A stretch of DNA of 64,000 nt from Candidatus Zhuqueibacterota bacterium (GTDB lineage Bacteria > Zhuqueibacterota > Zhuqueibacteria > Thermofontimicrobiales > Thermofontimicrobiaceae): the NCBI GenBank assembly GCA_049322915.1, contig JBMOPW010000034.1, positions 256,001 to 320,000 of the forward strand, read 5' to 3'. The number at the start of each line of letters is the position of its first letter. Positions within the stretch are counted from its first letter, which is position 1. Both the position numbers and the translations under genes were made by a program. Below the pieces are notes generated by a model that saw only the letters and a program-made list of their open reading frames with translations, was not told the DNA's origin and ran no database searches. Positions 19,076 to 28,744 of this stretch are shown one piece after another.

Positions 19076-19099
19076 CGTTCGGGATGAATATCCCGAACG
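19076..19099. repeat. Perfect inverted repeat (REP-like hairpin)
   Basis: CGTTCGGGAT-GAAT-ATCCCGAACG, 10-bp perfect stem. Confidence 0.6.
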
Positions 19100-19198
19100 A
19101 TCGGATCAGCAATGCTCAGAATGCCAGGATGACCTATTTCTTCCTTTCGACTTTTTAGACTGTAAATATATCGAATTACCATATATGCAAATTTCCGC

Positions 19199-19227
19199 TT
19201 GACAATGTCGGGATTAACATGTATATT
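19199..19227 (+). promoter_or_regulatory. Sigma70 promoter upstream of cstA
   Basis: TTGACA-17nt-TATATT. Confidence 0.65.
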
Positions 19228-19509
19228 GGGTTCAACTTAACTCAATTCCTCAGTTGCCGGTAATAGCTATTATTCCGGACTGTGAATTATGAAAAGGACA
19301 GCCGATAAATCGCATCACTCGCGACTTCTCCGGCACAAGCGTTTCATCTGTTTCGCCAGGGGCGCTGCATCCAAAACGAAGTTAGTCGTGTGAATTTTCT
19401 GTCCACGATGTTAAGCAAATTGACGTGTCATTTCGATTGTGATAGTTCATCATCCGGCTAAATCTCCAATGTGAAATCAGGTTTAACTTCTCTCCCGGGA
19501 ATCATTAGT

Positions 19510-21441
19510 ATGAAAACGTTCATGAAAATACTCTGGGTCGCTGTAAGTCTGCTCGCTGCTATTTCCATTGGCGTCGTTGTCGGCTGGCTCAATCCGTCGG
19601 AGAAAGTAAATGCGCTCTGGATTGTCACTGCCGCAGCGTGTTTCTACGCAATTTCCTATCGGTTCTATGCGGCATTCATCGCCGCGAAAGTCCTGACCAT
19701 TGATTCGGGCCGGAAAACGCCGGCCATCAGTCATCCCGATGGCATCGACTATGACCCAACCAACCGCTGGGTGCTGTTCGGCCATCATTTTGCGGCCATC
19801 GCCGGCGCCGGACCTCTGATTGGCCCCATGCTGGCTGCGCAGTTCGGCTACGTTCCGGGGTTTTTGTGGATTCTCATCGGCGCCGCTGTCGCCGGCGCGG
19901 TGCACGACATGGTGATCCTGACAGCCTCCATTCGTCGGGACGGCCACTCCCTGGCTCAAATTGCCAAAGATGAAATCGGCCCGGTCGGTGGCTTCGCCGC
20001 CTCAATCGCGATTCTGTTCATTCTCATCGTGGCGCTGGCAAGTCTTGGCCTGGCGGTCGTCAATGCGCTGCGCGAAAATTCATGGGGGACATTCACCATT
20101 GCGCTGACAATTCCCATCGCTATTTTGATGGGGTTCTATCTCCGTTTCATTCGCCCCGGAAAAGTGGGCGAAGTGAGCGTCATCGGCGTCATCCTGCTTC
20201 TGCTGGCCGTCTATTTCGGAGGGAAAATACCGCAATCGTCTATCGGCCACTGGCTGGTGTTGTCCCATCATAAACTCGTCTGGGCGCTGATGATTTACGG
20301 ATTTCTGGCTTCGGTTCTGCCGGTCTGGCTGCTGCTGTGCCCTCGCGATTATCTTTCGACGTACATGAAAATCGGCACGATCGCCCTGCTCGGTCTGGGC
20401 GTTGTGTTCATGGCGCCGGTGCTGCAGATGCCGGCCGTCACCCAATTTGCGAGCGGGAACGGGCCGATTATTCCCGGCAAGCTGTTCCCGTTTTTATTCA
20501 TCACCATCGCCTGCGGGGCAATTTCCGGCTTTCACGCGCTGATCGCTTCCGGCACCACGCCGAAGATGATCATGTCCGAAAATCATATCCGACACATCGG
20601 TTACGGCGCAATGATCACCGAGGGATTCGTTTCCATGATGGCGCTGATTGCCGCTTGCATCCTGATCCCCGGCGATTATTTTGCAATTAATACCACACTG
20701 TCTGTCGATGCCATCGCCGCGCTGGGATTCCCGGTGGAAAAGATCAACGAACTTTCTGCGATGGTCGGTCTGGATGTCAAAGGAAGGCCAGGCGGCGCTG
20801 TTTCGCTGGCGGTAGGCATGACCACCATCCTGTCGCACCTCCCCGGCATGAAGGACCTGATGCCCTACTGGTTCACGTTCGCCCTGATGTTCGAAGCGCT
20901 GTTCATCCTGACCACAGTCGATGCCGGGACGCGCGTGGCGCGGTTTTTAATACAGGAATTCGGCGGCTATGTCTATAAACCGTTGGGACGCCAGCGCTGG
21001 GTGCCGGGCATTATTGTTGCCAGCGCGCTCGTGGTACTGGCCTGGGGTTATCTGATTCATTCGGGGACTGTCTCCCGCATTTGGCCGATGTTCGGCGTAT
21101 CCAATCAACTGCTGGCGGCCATTGCGCTCGGCGTGGGTACCACACTCATCATCAAAGCTGGAAAAGCGCGCTATGTCTGGGTGACGCTGGTTCCCATGGC
21201 ATTCATGTTCTCCACCACGTTGACGGCCTCATGGCAATTATACCATTCGTTCCGCGACCAGGCTGCAAGAGCTGCCACGTCCGCAGAAGCATTCAACCTG
21301 AATCTCGACGCGGTGCTCATGGCCATTATGGCGGTGCTGGCGCTCATCGCTCTGGGGGACATGCTCTACAAATGGTACGGCTATCTGTCCGGGTCACGAT
21401 CAATTACGTCAAGTGAGATACTCGAATCTTCGGAGAAATAA
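19510..21441 (+). CDS. cstA: Carbon starvation protein A family transporter (CstA/BtsT-like, pyruvate/peptide)
   Basis: DGIDYDPT..WVLFGHHFAAIAGAGPLIGP, PRDYLS, CGAISGFH, FEALFILTTVDAGTR, WPMFGVSNQLL. Confidence 0.93.
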   Translation: MKTFMKILWVAVSLLAAISIGVVVGWLNPSEKVNALWIVTAAACFYAISYRFYAAFIAAKVLTIDSGRKTPAISHPDGIDYDPTNRWVLFGHHFAAIAGAGPLIGPMLAAQFGYVPGFLWILIGAAVAGAVHDMVILTASIRRDGHSLAQIAKDEIGPVGGFAASIAILFILIVALASLGLAVVNALRENSWGTFTIALTIPIAILMGFYLRFIRPGKVGEVSVIGVILLLLAVYFGGKIPQSSIGHWLVLSHHKLVWALMIYGFLASVLPVWLLLCPRDYLSTYMKIGTIALLGLGVVFMAPVLQMPAVTQFASGNGPIIPGKLFPFLFITIACGAISGFHALIASGTTPKMIMSENHIRHIGYGAMITEGFVSMMALIAACILIPGDYFAINTTLSVDAIAALGFPVEKINELSAMVGLDVKGRPGGAVSLAVGMTTILSHLPGMKDLMPYWFTFALMFEALFILTTVDAGTRVARFLIQEFGGYVYKPLGRQRWVPGIIVASALVVLAWGYLIHSGTVSRIWPMFGVSNQLLAAIALGVGTTLIIKAGKARYVWVTLVPMAFMFSTTLTASWQLYHSFRDQAARAATSAEAFNLNLDAVLMAIMAVLALIALGDMLYKWYGYLSGSRSITSSEILESSEK

Positions 21442-21751
21442 CAAAGGGATTGTTTCGATTGCAATCGGTTGGGGGTCAATCCATTTTGGAATTGTTATAT
21501 TTTTTGTACAGCGATGGTGTGTCGCTGCATTAACAAACGAGCCTTGCTTCTTTCCTGAATTCAACAACGTTACCACCGTGAGGCTGTGGTTCGACTGGTT
21601 CGTCACATGCCCCACGCCGGGACAGTGTTTTGGACAAATTTCTCTGGCAGCATACGTTCAACCGCGCCACCTGGCGACGATTGGGCATTCATCAGCGCCC
21701 AATGCTAAAAAGTGATTGAGGGTAGTTCTCAAATCAATGAACAACCAAGCT

Positions 21752-24271
21752 ATGACGAAAACGGCTTTCTTGCCATTGTTCTTTTTCTTCATTCTGAGCA
21801 TTTCATGTGCAACGAGCCCATTCCAGACGCACGACGCGCATGGCGTGATCACAGCGGATTCGTCCGGCATCTATTCCTCCCAACTCTCATTCACGCCGGA
21901 GCGATTATTTCCAAAGACGAACTGGAGCGGCAATTGGCTTTGGTTGAATAGAAAACAGTTCCCGAAATTTCAGAATACCCGGTCGGAATGGATTCACGAA
22001 AATCTGCCGCCGAATCGATGCACCGCCCTGTTTCGAAAAAAATTCGATTTGGATAAAATTCCGTCACGTGCGATACTCTGCGTTACCGGCGATGTATCGT
22101 TTCGAATCTATCTCAACGGACAGTTCATCTGTCAGGGGCCGCCCAATATTGGCAGCGATTATGAGGATCACGCCCCTCCGCAGCACTGGTTCTTTACCAT
22201 ACACGATGTGAAAAAGCACCTGCGCGTCGGGAATAATGTCATTGCTGCGGAAGTCTATTCCTTCGATTTAGCCCTGTCGGAAACCACGTCCGGCAAAGGA
22301 AGATTCCTGTGCGATCTGGACTTCGGCTTGAACCAGACAATTGTCTCGACAGATACCACCTGGAAATGCCAGCGAGATTCCTGCCTCTCCGTGAAAGAAG
22401 GCGGACTGGTTTACAACGCCACGCGGGAAATTCAGGGTTGGCGCGACATTCACTTCGACGATGGACTGTGGCCCAATGCCTCCATTCAGGATACCGTAGA
22501 AAGCGGTTATCTGGTCATGAGTCAAATTCCCATTCCCACTCGCTATCCTCGCGAAGCCAACAACATCAGGCGCTCACTCACCAGCATCGACAGCGCCAGG
22601 ACTTCCTGGTCATTGGCCGATTGCATTTTATTCAATGAAAGCTTCACTCTCGACTTTGAAAGAAATATGTCGGCCTATTATTCCCTGTCCCTGTCTGCGC
22701 ACGAGGGCGATACAGTTAAAATTTTCCCGCGGGAAAAATCCTCGGTAAACAGGCCACTTGTCTATATCTGCAAAGAAGGCGCGAACTCTTTTACAACGCC
22801 GCAATTGAATGTTTTCAGGTATTTGACTGTGGACGTTACCTCCCGGCGCGGCATGAAAATCGATTCTATAGCCGCATTGTTTTCCACGTACCCGGTGAGC
22901 TACCGGGGCAGTTTCGCCTGTTCCGACACTTTCTACACAAAGCTTTGGGACGTTGCTCGCTGGACCACCCAACTCTGCATGAATAGTCTTCATTTCGACT
23001 CACCCAGGCATCAAGAACCTCTCGCCTGCACGGGCGATTATCTCATCGAATCGCAATCAAATTTCTACGCCTTTGGCGATCCCTGGTTGGCGCGACAGGA
23101 TTTGATAAAGACAGCGCGAATACTGCAGAAAAACAATTATGACATGTTCCACACCAGTTATTCCCTGTTGTGGGTTCAGATGTTATACAATTATTTTCAA
23201 TTCACCGGCGATTCTCTGCTCGTGATGGAACTCCTTCCGCATGTCAATGCATTGAATGAGCGGTTCGCCTCATATTTGGACGAGGATTTTCTGGTCAGTC
23301 AGGCACCGGATTACATGTTCATGGACTGGATCAAAATCAATGGTTACAATGCGCACCATCCGCCCGCAGTGATTGGCATGGGCTATATGACAGCCTTTTA
23401 TTATCGATCATTGGTCATCGCGGCCGCGTTCAATGCGATCGTTCACAACAACAGCGCCAGTAAAGAAAATCTTAGGCTCGCCGAAAAAATAAAGGATGGC
23501 TTTAACAAAAAATTATGGGATGACGCGAAGGGGATATACCGTGATGGTGTGGCATTCATAAGTCAGCAATCACCGCATTTTTGGTTGCCCGAAGACGCGG
23601 ACATCGTAACGTACAGTCCGCACGTCAATTCGCTCGCCGTCCTTTACGACATGGCATCCCCGGATAAACAAGCTTCTATCATGGACTATGTTTTGAAGCA
23701 AAAGGAGATAGACTTACAGCCTTACTTTTTGTCTTTTATACTTTCCGCACTGGCGCATATCAAAAAGTTCGACACAGATGGTTTGTCCTGCCTTGATAGA
23801 TGGAAAAATGGTCTCGATTGGGAAACGCATACGCTGAAAGAAAACTGGCAGGACAAAACGGAATTTGGTTACATCGGTGATTATAGCCATGCCTGGGGAG
23901 GGTCGCCATTGTATTTCATGTCCGGAGAAATGCTGGGTATTTCACCGGAAAAACCCGGGTTTCGGACGATACGGTTCGTTCCGTATGTGAGCGATCGGAT
24001 AACGTGGGCGAAAGGCGTTGTCCCGGTGGATGAAGATGCGGACGTCTCTGTTTCATGGGAGAGAAACGGAGATTTGGAATATGTCTACTCTATCGAAATC
24101 CCTTCAAATTATCATGCTGTATTATATCAACCGAAACGGTTAAATAAGTACGAGCTTCAAACAGATCAAAAACTGCACGGAACGGATAGATCGTCCGTCA
24201 TCCTTTCTGCCGGCAAGCACGTCGTTGTTTTTAAAAAAGCTGGAGAATTAAATCCGCGTTCGAGCGACTGA
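21752..24271 (+). CDS. GH78 alpha-L-rhamnosidase-like glycoside hydrolase, predicted lipoprotein
   Basis: LSIS-C lipobox; LFRKKF...YLNG N-domain; GSFACSD..YTKLW, DSPRHQEPLACTGD, TLKENW, SHAWGGSP, LGISP...GF; start could be 21737. Confidence 0.78.
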   Translation: MTKTAFLPLFFFFILSISCATSPFQTHDAHGVITADSSGIYSSQLSFTPERLFPKTNWSGNWLWLNRKQFPKFQNTRSEWIHENLPPNRCTALFRKKFDLDKIPSRAILCVTGDVSFRIYLNGQFICQGPPNIGSDYEDHAPPQHWFFTIHDVKKHLRVGNNVIAAEVYSFDLALSETTSGKGRFLCDLDFGLNQTIVSTDTTWKCQRDSCLSVKEGGLVYNATREIQGWRDIHFDDGLWPNASIQDTVESGYLVMSQIPIPTRYPREANNIRRSLTSIDSARTSWSLADCILFNESFTLDFERNMSAYYSLSLSAHEGDTVKIFPREKSSVNRPLVYICKEGANSFTTPQLNVFRYLTVDVTSRRGMKIDSIAALFSTYPVSYRGSFACSDTFYTKLWDVARWTTQLCMNSLHFDSPRHQEPLACTGDYLIESQSNFYAFGDPWLARQDLIKTARILQKNNYDMFHTSYSLLWVQMLYNYFQFTGDSLLVMELLPHVNALNERFASYLDEDFLVSQAPDYMFMDWIKINGYNAHHPPAVIGMGYMTAFYYRSLVIAAAFNAIVHNNSASKENLRLAEKIKDGFNKKLWDDAKGIYRDGVAFISQQSPHFWLPEDADIVTYSPHVNSLAVLYDMASPDKQASIMDYVLKQKEIDLQPYFLSFILSALAHIKKFDTDGLSCLDRWKNGLDWETHTLKENWQDKTEFGYIGDYSHAWGGSPLYFMSGEMLGISPEKPGFRTIRFVPYVSDRITWAKGVVPVDEDADVSVSWERNGDLEYVYSIEIPSNYHAVLYQPKRLNKYELQTDQKLHGTDRSSVILSAGKHVVVFKKAGELNPRSSD

Positions 24272-24341
24272 GGAAACCTAACAGGACTCACGCCGTACAC
24301 AGAAGTCGTTTGAAATGAAGCCAATTGAATGAGGTGTTTAT

Positions 24342-24569
24342 ATGATACCGATTTATAAAGCATTAGGAGTCACGTTGTTATCCATGGTCGTGCTGGCGAT
24401 TATTCGACTTTTCGAATTCAACACGACACTGTTCTCCTTTCAATTATTGCTCCTGATTTCCATTTTAGTTGCCACAATCATCGTTGCAATTTATGTCACA
24501 TACTCCATAACTGTCATGTTAACAGTGAACAAAACAGGAAAAAGGAAATGGCGAAAAGTAAACAGATAA
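24342..24569 (+). CDS. Small two-TM membrane protein
   Basis: GAGGTG SD; two hydrophobic helices and a basic tail. Confidence 0.5.
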   Translation: MIPIYKALGVTLLSMVVLAIIRLFEFNTTLFSFQLLLLISILVATIIVAIYVTYSITVMLTVNKTGKRKWRKVNR

Positions 24570-25336
24570 GGTATAATAAAAACTTCCTTTCTGCTTTAGC
24601 TGTCGTCTTACTTATTTCTTTCTTTGTGATCTTCTTCTTGATCTCCCGCATTAAAGTCATCCCGGAAAATGACTCCGCCATCATTGGTAATTTCATCGAG
24701 TGGTTCGGCGTGTTATATGGCGTGCTTCTAGCCTTGGTTGTTGTTGAAGTTTGGCAGCGGCATTCCCTTGTCAACAACGAAATCGATAGAGAAGCGGATG
24801 CGCTCGTCCTTCTCCTCAAGACAACCCGGTATTTGCAGGACAAAAAGAAAGTGCTCGCCATTGCCAAACTGATTTACGATTACTCGAGAATCATGCTCCG
24901 CGCCAAACACCCGAGGCAATATTCCAATCCGAAAGTGAACAGTAAACTGGATGAAATTCATCGGGAGATAGGAAGCGTCTTGCAGGATGACAGGATACCG
25001 CTGCCTTTCTCGCTGGAAATGATGCGGTACATCAACGACGCTATCGACATCCGCGGCGACTGGATGTCGCTTGTTCGGGAGCGTATGCCAAAGGGTATCT
25101 GGGTGCTGTTGTTGTTCACCTCTGTCTGGTGGGTATTGGGTTTTTTCGGATTGAATATTGAAAATTTCACTATTGCATTTACGCTCTGCAGTGTCGCGAC
25201 GTTCACGGTTTCAGCCATTATTTTCATCGTCAATGATCTGGATGATCCCATCAGCGGCTTATGGAAGACCCGATTTGAGTCATTTGACATTTTAAGAAAA
25301 GAAGCCAAAAATTTACTTGAGCAGAGAAATCAATAA
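24548..25336 (+). CDS. Bestrophin-like / DUF4239-type membrane protein
   Basis: FGVLYGVLLALVVVEVW...EA..L and LDDPISG motifs; 4 TM segments. Confidence 0.65.
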   Translation: MAKSKQIRYNKNFLSALAVVLLISFFVIFFLISRIKVIPENDSAIIGNFIEWFGVLYGVLLALVVVEVWQRHSLVNNEIDREADALVLLLKTTRYLQDKKKVLAIAKLIYDYSRIMLRAKHPRQYSNPKVNSKLDEIHREIGSVLQDDRIPLPFSLEMMRYINDAIDIRGDWMSLVRERMPKGIWVLLLFTSVWWVLGFFGLNIENFTIAFTLCSVATFTVSAIIFIVNDLDDPISGLWKTRFESFDILRKEAKNLLEQRNQ

Positions 25337-25475
25337 TCACTCATCTCACAGTTCGACTTCAGAAGGCATCTCCCCCGCCTCGTTTCGGGATGAACCTCCC
25401 CTGTTTAAGTATGCATTTCCAGTCAGTTTGCCACTGACTCGCTGTTTGTTTTTAAAAGTAAAACCATCAGATTCA

Positions 25476-26588
25476 TCAATCGGGTAATATATCAATTTTC
25501 GGCAACAGCGTTTTCATCATGTCCAACACCATGTCGACAGTCACCGAATGACAGTCGCGATCACTGGTGCGAACGACGCGGAATCGCTCTCCCAACGGCT
25601 TCCACAACGATGGCTCGGTTGGACCAAAAATAGCGACGAGCGGCGTCCCAACGGCTGCGGCAACATGCATGACGCCGGTATCATTGCACAGGAATATTTC
25701 CATCTGCTGTACGATTGCTGCAAACTGTCGCAGGGCAAGCCCATCGCACACAATGGGTTTAAAATTCACCTGCGATAAAAGCATCTGTCCCAGTTCCACT
25801 TCCTTCGGTCCCCAGAACAGGACGGGCATGTAGCTCGCCTGAAACCAGTAGCCGGCCACCTCAGCAAATTTTTCCACCTGCCAGCGATTTTCAATTTTGC
25901 CAGCGCCGGGATGAATACCGATTGGCTGCAGTCCCGCAGTGAGTCCGTTGTCGCGCAGGAATTGAACGGCCCAATTCCGTTCCTCCTCAGTGATAGTCAT
26001 GACTTCCGAGCGATCCCGCGTATCGATTCCCAGGTATCTCACGATGTCCAGATTCCGCTCTGTCTGGTGTTTTTCAACCGCATCATAGGGCGCAAGAAAG
26101 GAATAGAAAAAATTTCGCTGGCAGCCGGGGAATATCCGATGCGCAGACCCCAGCACGAATTTTGAGCGGGAAAGATGGGACAGAATATCGGAAGAGAGCG
26201 AATGGGAAACAGTATTCAGCACCACGGCCAGTTCGTACCGGCGCCGCAGCTTTTTCCAGAACTCCCTGAGCCAGCCCAAAGAATAATTATAGCCCGATTC
26301 CGGCAGATAGATGACGTCGTTGATATACTCATTGTGAAGCGCGGCTTCCCGGGTATAGCCGCGCACCAGAACGGTAATATGGCTTTGCGGGAAATGCTCG
26401 CGCAATGCGCGCAGCACCGGCGTGGCCAATAGGAAATCGCCCAATTGATCATGCTGGCGAATGACGAGAATGCGGTCAATCGCCGACAGGTTCACTGCCA
26501 CTGAGCTCAGCACTTTCCTGCCCAGAATTTTTTCGAGCAGCCGCATGGTTCGGTTTCGAAAAGAAGTCGAGAATTTTTTCCAGCTCAT
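25476..26588 (-). CDS. GT9 glycosyltransferase (heptosyltransferase-like)
   Basis: ILVIR.DQLGDFLL.TP, IHPGAG...RW, NDTGVMHVAAAVGTP.VAIFGPT. Confidence 0.92.
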   Translation of the reverse strand: MSWKKFSTSFRNRTMRLLEKILGRKVLSSVAVNLSAIDRILVIRQHDQLGDFLLATPVLRALREHFPQSHITVLVRGYTREAALHNEYINDVIYLPESGYNYSLGWLREFWKKLRRRYELAVVLNTVSHSLSSDILSHLSRSKFVLGSAHRIFPGCQRNFFYSFLAPYDAVEKHQTERNLDIVRYLGIDTRDRSEVMTITEEERNWAVQFLRDNGLTAGLQPIGIHPGAGKIENRWQVEKFAEVAGYWFQASYMPVLFWGPKEVELGQMLLSQVNFKPIVCDGLALRQFAAIVQQMEIFLCNDTGVMHVAAAVGTPLVAIFGPTEPSLWKPLGERFRVVRTSDRDCHSVTVDMVLDMMKTLLPKIDILPD

Positions 26589-26602
26589 GAACGCTCCACG
26601 TG

Positions 26603-27676
26603 CTAAGGCGGCGTTATTCCGGCCAGCCGATGAATTTTTTGAACGACAGCTACAGGATCGTGGTGGCGCAGCACCCAGTCCCTCCCGGTTCGCCCTTTCT
26701 CCAGCCGATAGGTTTTGTCCTGAATGAGTCGAATCAATTGCTCTGATAAATTATCGCTGTCAATGATGATGAACGGATGATCCGGGTATTCGGCGGCGAA
26801 TCCTTCGGCCAAACAGGAACAGGTGGGAATGCCCATGGCCAGCGATTCCAGCGAATTGATGCCATAGCCCAGATCGCCAATCTGGTCGATAAAAATATGG
26901 CAGCCGGATTTCAACTCCAGCGCGGTTTGATACGGCAGGTTTTCGATGAGGAGCAGCCTCACAGGATGCGTCTTTTCAAGTTTTCGAACCCGGTCGATGA
27001 TGACATCGCTGCCTTTGGCGGCGCGATTTGTCGGCGCATGCCCGATGATCAGCACCTCATCATCCTTATTTAGCGATACAGTAAATTTTTTTGCATCAAA
27101 CGGAAAGCAGACATGGCGCAGATTGGGGTGCAGCGGCAGATGGTCGAATTCCACCGTGACGTTCACGTCGGCGATGGCGTCAATCTGAGGAATGACGCCG
27201 CGCGATCGCAAATCGCTGCCGGTGTAGCAGCAGATGATTTTCTTGCCAGCCTCATGCAACTGTTGGATATCGCGGCCATCCCGATAAAAGCCGATACCGC
27301 CATCCAGTTGAATGACATCGTAGTCATCCGGCTGATATACATCAAAAGCAGCCTTGATTTCCCGCTGCCAGATTTTTTCGCGGAATTGAATGAGCCGGCG
27401 CTCGAACCGGCCCGGTCGCCAGACCGGCGGAATTTCGCTGAGGCGCGGTTTGATGTTGGTAATCTCCGTCCGCGACTTGCCCAGCGTCCATCGTTTGAAC
27501 GTCGCAAAGCCACGAAAATTCAGCAGAGGCAGGTTCAGGCAAATATCTTCCGGGTAACCGCGGGGATTTTTTGCAAAGGTTATCAATCGGCTCTGGTGTC
27601 CCATTTGCCGCTCCGCAGTCACGAATGTCAGTGGGACACCAGCCACATTGAACGGGGCGATGTGCAAAATTTTCAT
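26603..27676 (-). CDS. GT-B fold glycosyltransferase (GT4-like)
   Basis: MKILHI, GSDLR, HAPTNRAAKG, IFIDQ..YGINSLESLAMGIP. Confidence 0.78.
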   Translation of the reverse strand: MKILHIAPFNVAGVPLTFVTAERQMGHQSRLITFAKNPRGYPEDICLNLPLLNFRGFATFKRWTLGKSRTEITNIKPRLSEIPPVWRPGRFERRLIQFREKIWQREIKAAFDVYQPDDYDVIQLDGGIGFYRDGRDIQQLHEAGKKIICCYTGSDLRSRGVIPQIDAIADVNVTVEFDHLPLHPNLRHVCFPFDAKKFTVSLNKDDEVLIIGHAPTNRAAKGSDVIIDRVRKLEKTHPVRLLLIENLPYQTALELKSGCHIFIDQIGDLGYGINSLESLAMGIPTCSCLAEGFAAEYPDHPFIIIDSDNLSEQLIRLIQDKTYRLEKGRTGRDWVLRHHDPVAVVQKIHRLAGITPP

Positions 27677-27768
27677 TCTGATTAACGGACTACTTCGTTG
27701 AAAAAACCTGTTGGTGGTTACTTCTCTCCCATTCCCGATACGACGTCAGAATCACTTTCAACAATTCG

Positions 27769-28740
27769 CTAATTGAGGTATTTGAGAAACGTATCCCGGA
27801 AAATGCCCTGGGCACCGAAGCTCTCTTTGAACCGTCCCAGGCCCCAATTCGGATCCATGTCCACAGTGAAAATACCAAAGTCGAGATAGCCGAAGCGGTT
27901 CTGAATCGCCCATTTGATGATCTCGTAGAACAGGCAGTTCACGCCGCGATACTGCTGGTAATCCTCGTTATGACTGATGTAAAACGCCAGCACCACCCGG
28001 TTGTTGCAGGTGAACATCACCACGCCGGCGACCATGTGTTCTTCGGCGAACGCAGCGAATAGCCGAATTCGATCCGGATAGATATTCTTCAATAACAGCA
28101 ACTCATCCAGCGTGTGGGTGGGCTGAACATTATGCCGCATTTTCAGGTTGCGTTTCAGTATGTGATAGAACGATTCGTAGTCCTCGCTCTCACGAACCGT
28201 CACGCCCAGCTTTACCGCGCGGCGCACAGCGCGTCTGGATTCCGACGAAAACGTTTGCAGGACCTCGTTCTCGCCAAAGGTCAGAGGGATCACGCTGGAA
28301 ATTTCGCGCTTGCGGTAGCCGAAGCCATTCTTCACCAGGGCAAAGTCGATGTAATTGCTGGGCCGCTGCGAATAAATGATGGGCGGTGGCGTCAGTTCCA
28401 CTCCCTGAAACTGGTTGTTCTTCGCGTACTCCAGTAGACTCTCCACCAGACGGAATGCGTCCATAATGCTCAAATTAAATTTGGTCACCAGCCCGCCGTA
28501 GGAAGAACCGCGATGCGAGGTGAGAATACGGCGATGGTGTTCGAACCGAACGGTCGCCGGAAAGACCGCAACGACGCGGTCTTCCTTTCGGAACACGAGC
28601 GAAAAGTCCTCAAAGCGCCCTTCAGGGTGATAGTTCAAAAATCTCCGCGTCTGAAAGATGGTCCCGTTGTTGGATTTCCAGACAAAGTCATCCCAATTCT
28701 CAGCAAGTGATTTGTCGAATGGTTGTATTTCGATTTTCAT
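27769..28740 (-). CDS. GNAT/FemAB-like acyl- or aminoacyl-transferase
   Basis: WDDFV..SNNGTIF, SYGG, RRAVRRA.K.G, YLDFG...GL.RFKESFG. Confidence 0.82.
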   Translation of the reverse strand: MKIEIQPFDKSLAENWDDFVWKSNNGTIFQTRRFLNYHPEGRFEDFSLVFRKEDRVVAVFPATVRFEHHRRILTSHRGSSYGGLVTKFNLSIMDAFRLVESLLEYAKNNQFQGVELTPPPIIYSQRPSNYIDFALVKNGFGYRKREISSVIPLTFGENEVLQTFSSESRRAVRRAVKLGVTVRESEDYESFYHILKRNLKMRHNVQPTHTLDELLLLKNIYPDRIRLFAAFAEEHMVAGVVMFTCNNRVVLAFYISHNEDYQQYRGVNCLFYEIIKWAIQNRFGYLDFGIFTVDMDPNWGLGRFKESFGAQGIFRDTFLKYLN

Positions 28741-28744
28741 TTTC

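Noticed and set aside
21442..21751. Looked for the YbdD/YjiX-type small (seleno)protein that often follows cstA
   Set aside because: No ORF with the Y..Y..H....HP / RCC(U) pattern; the 100-aa ORF at 21413-21715 looks non-coding
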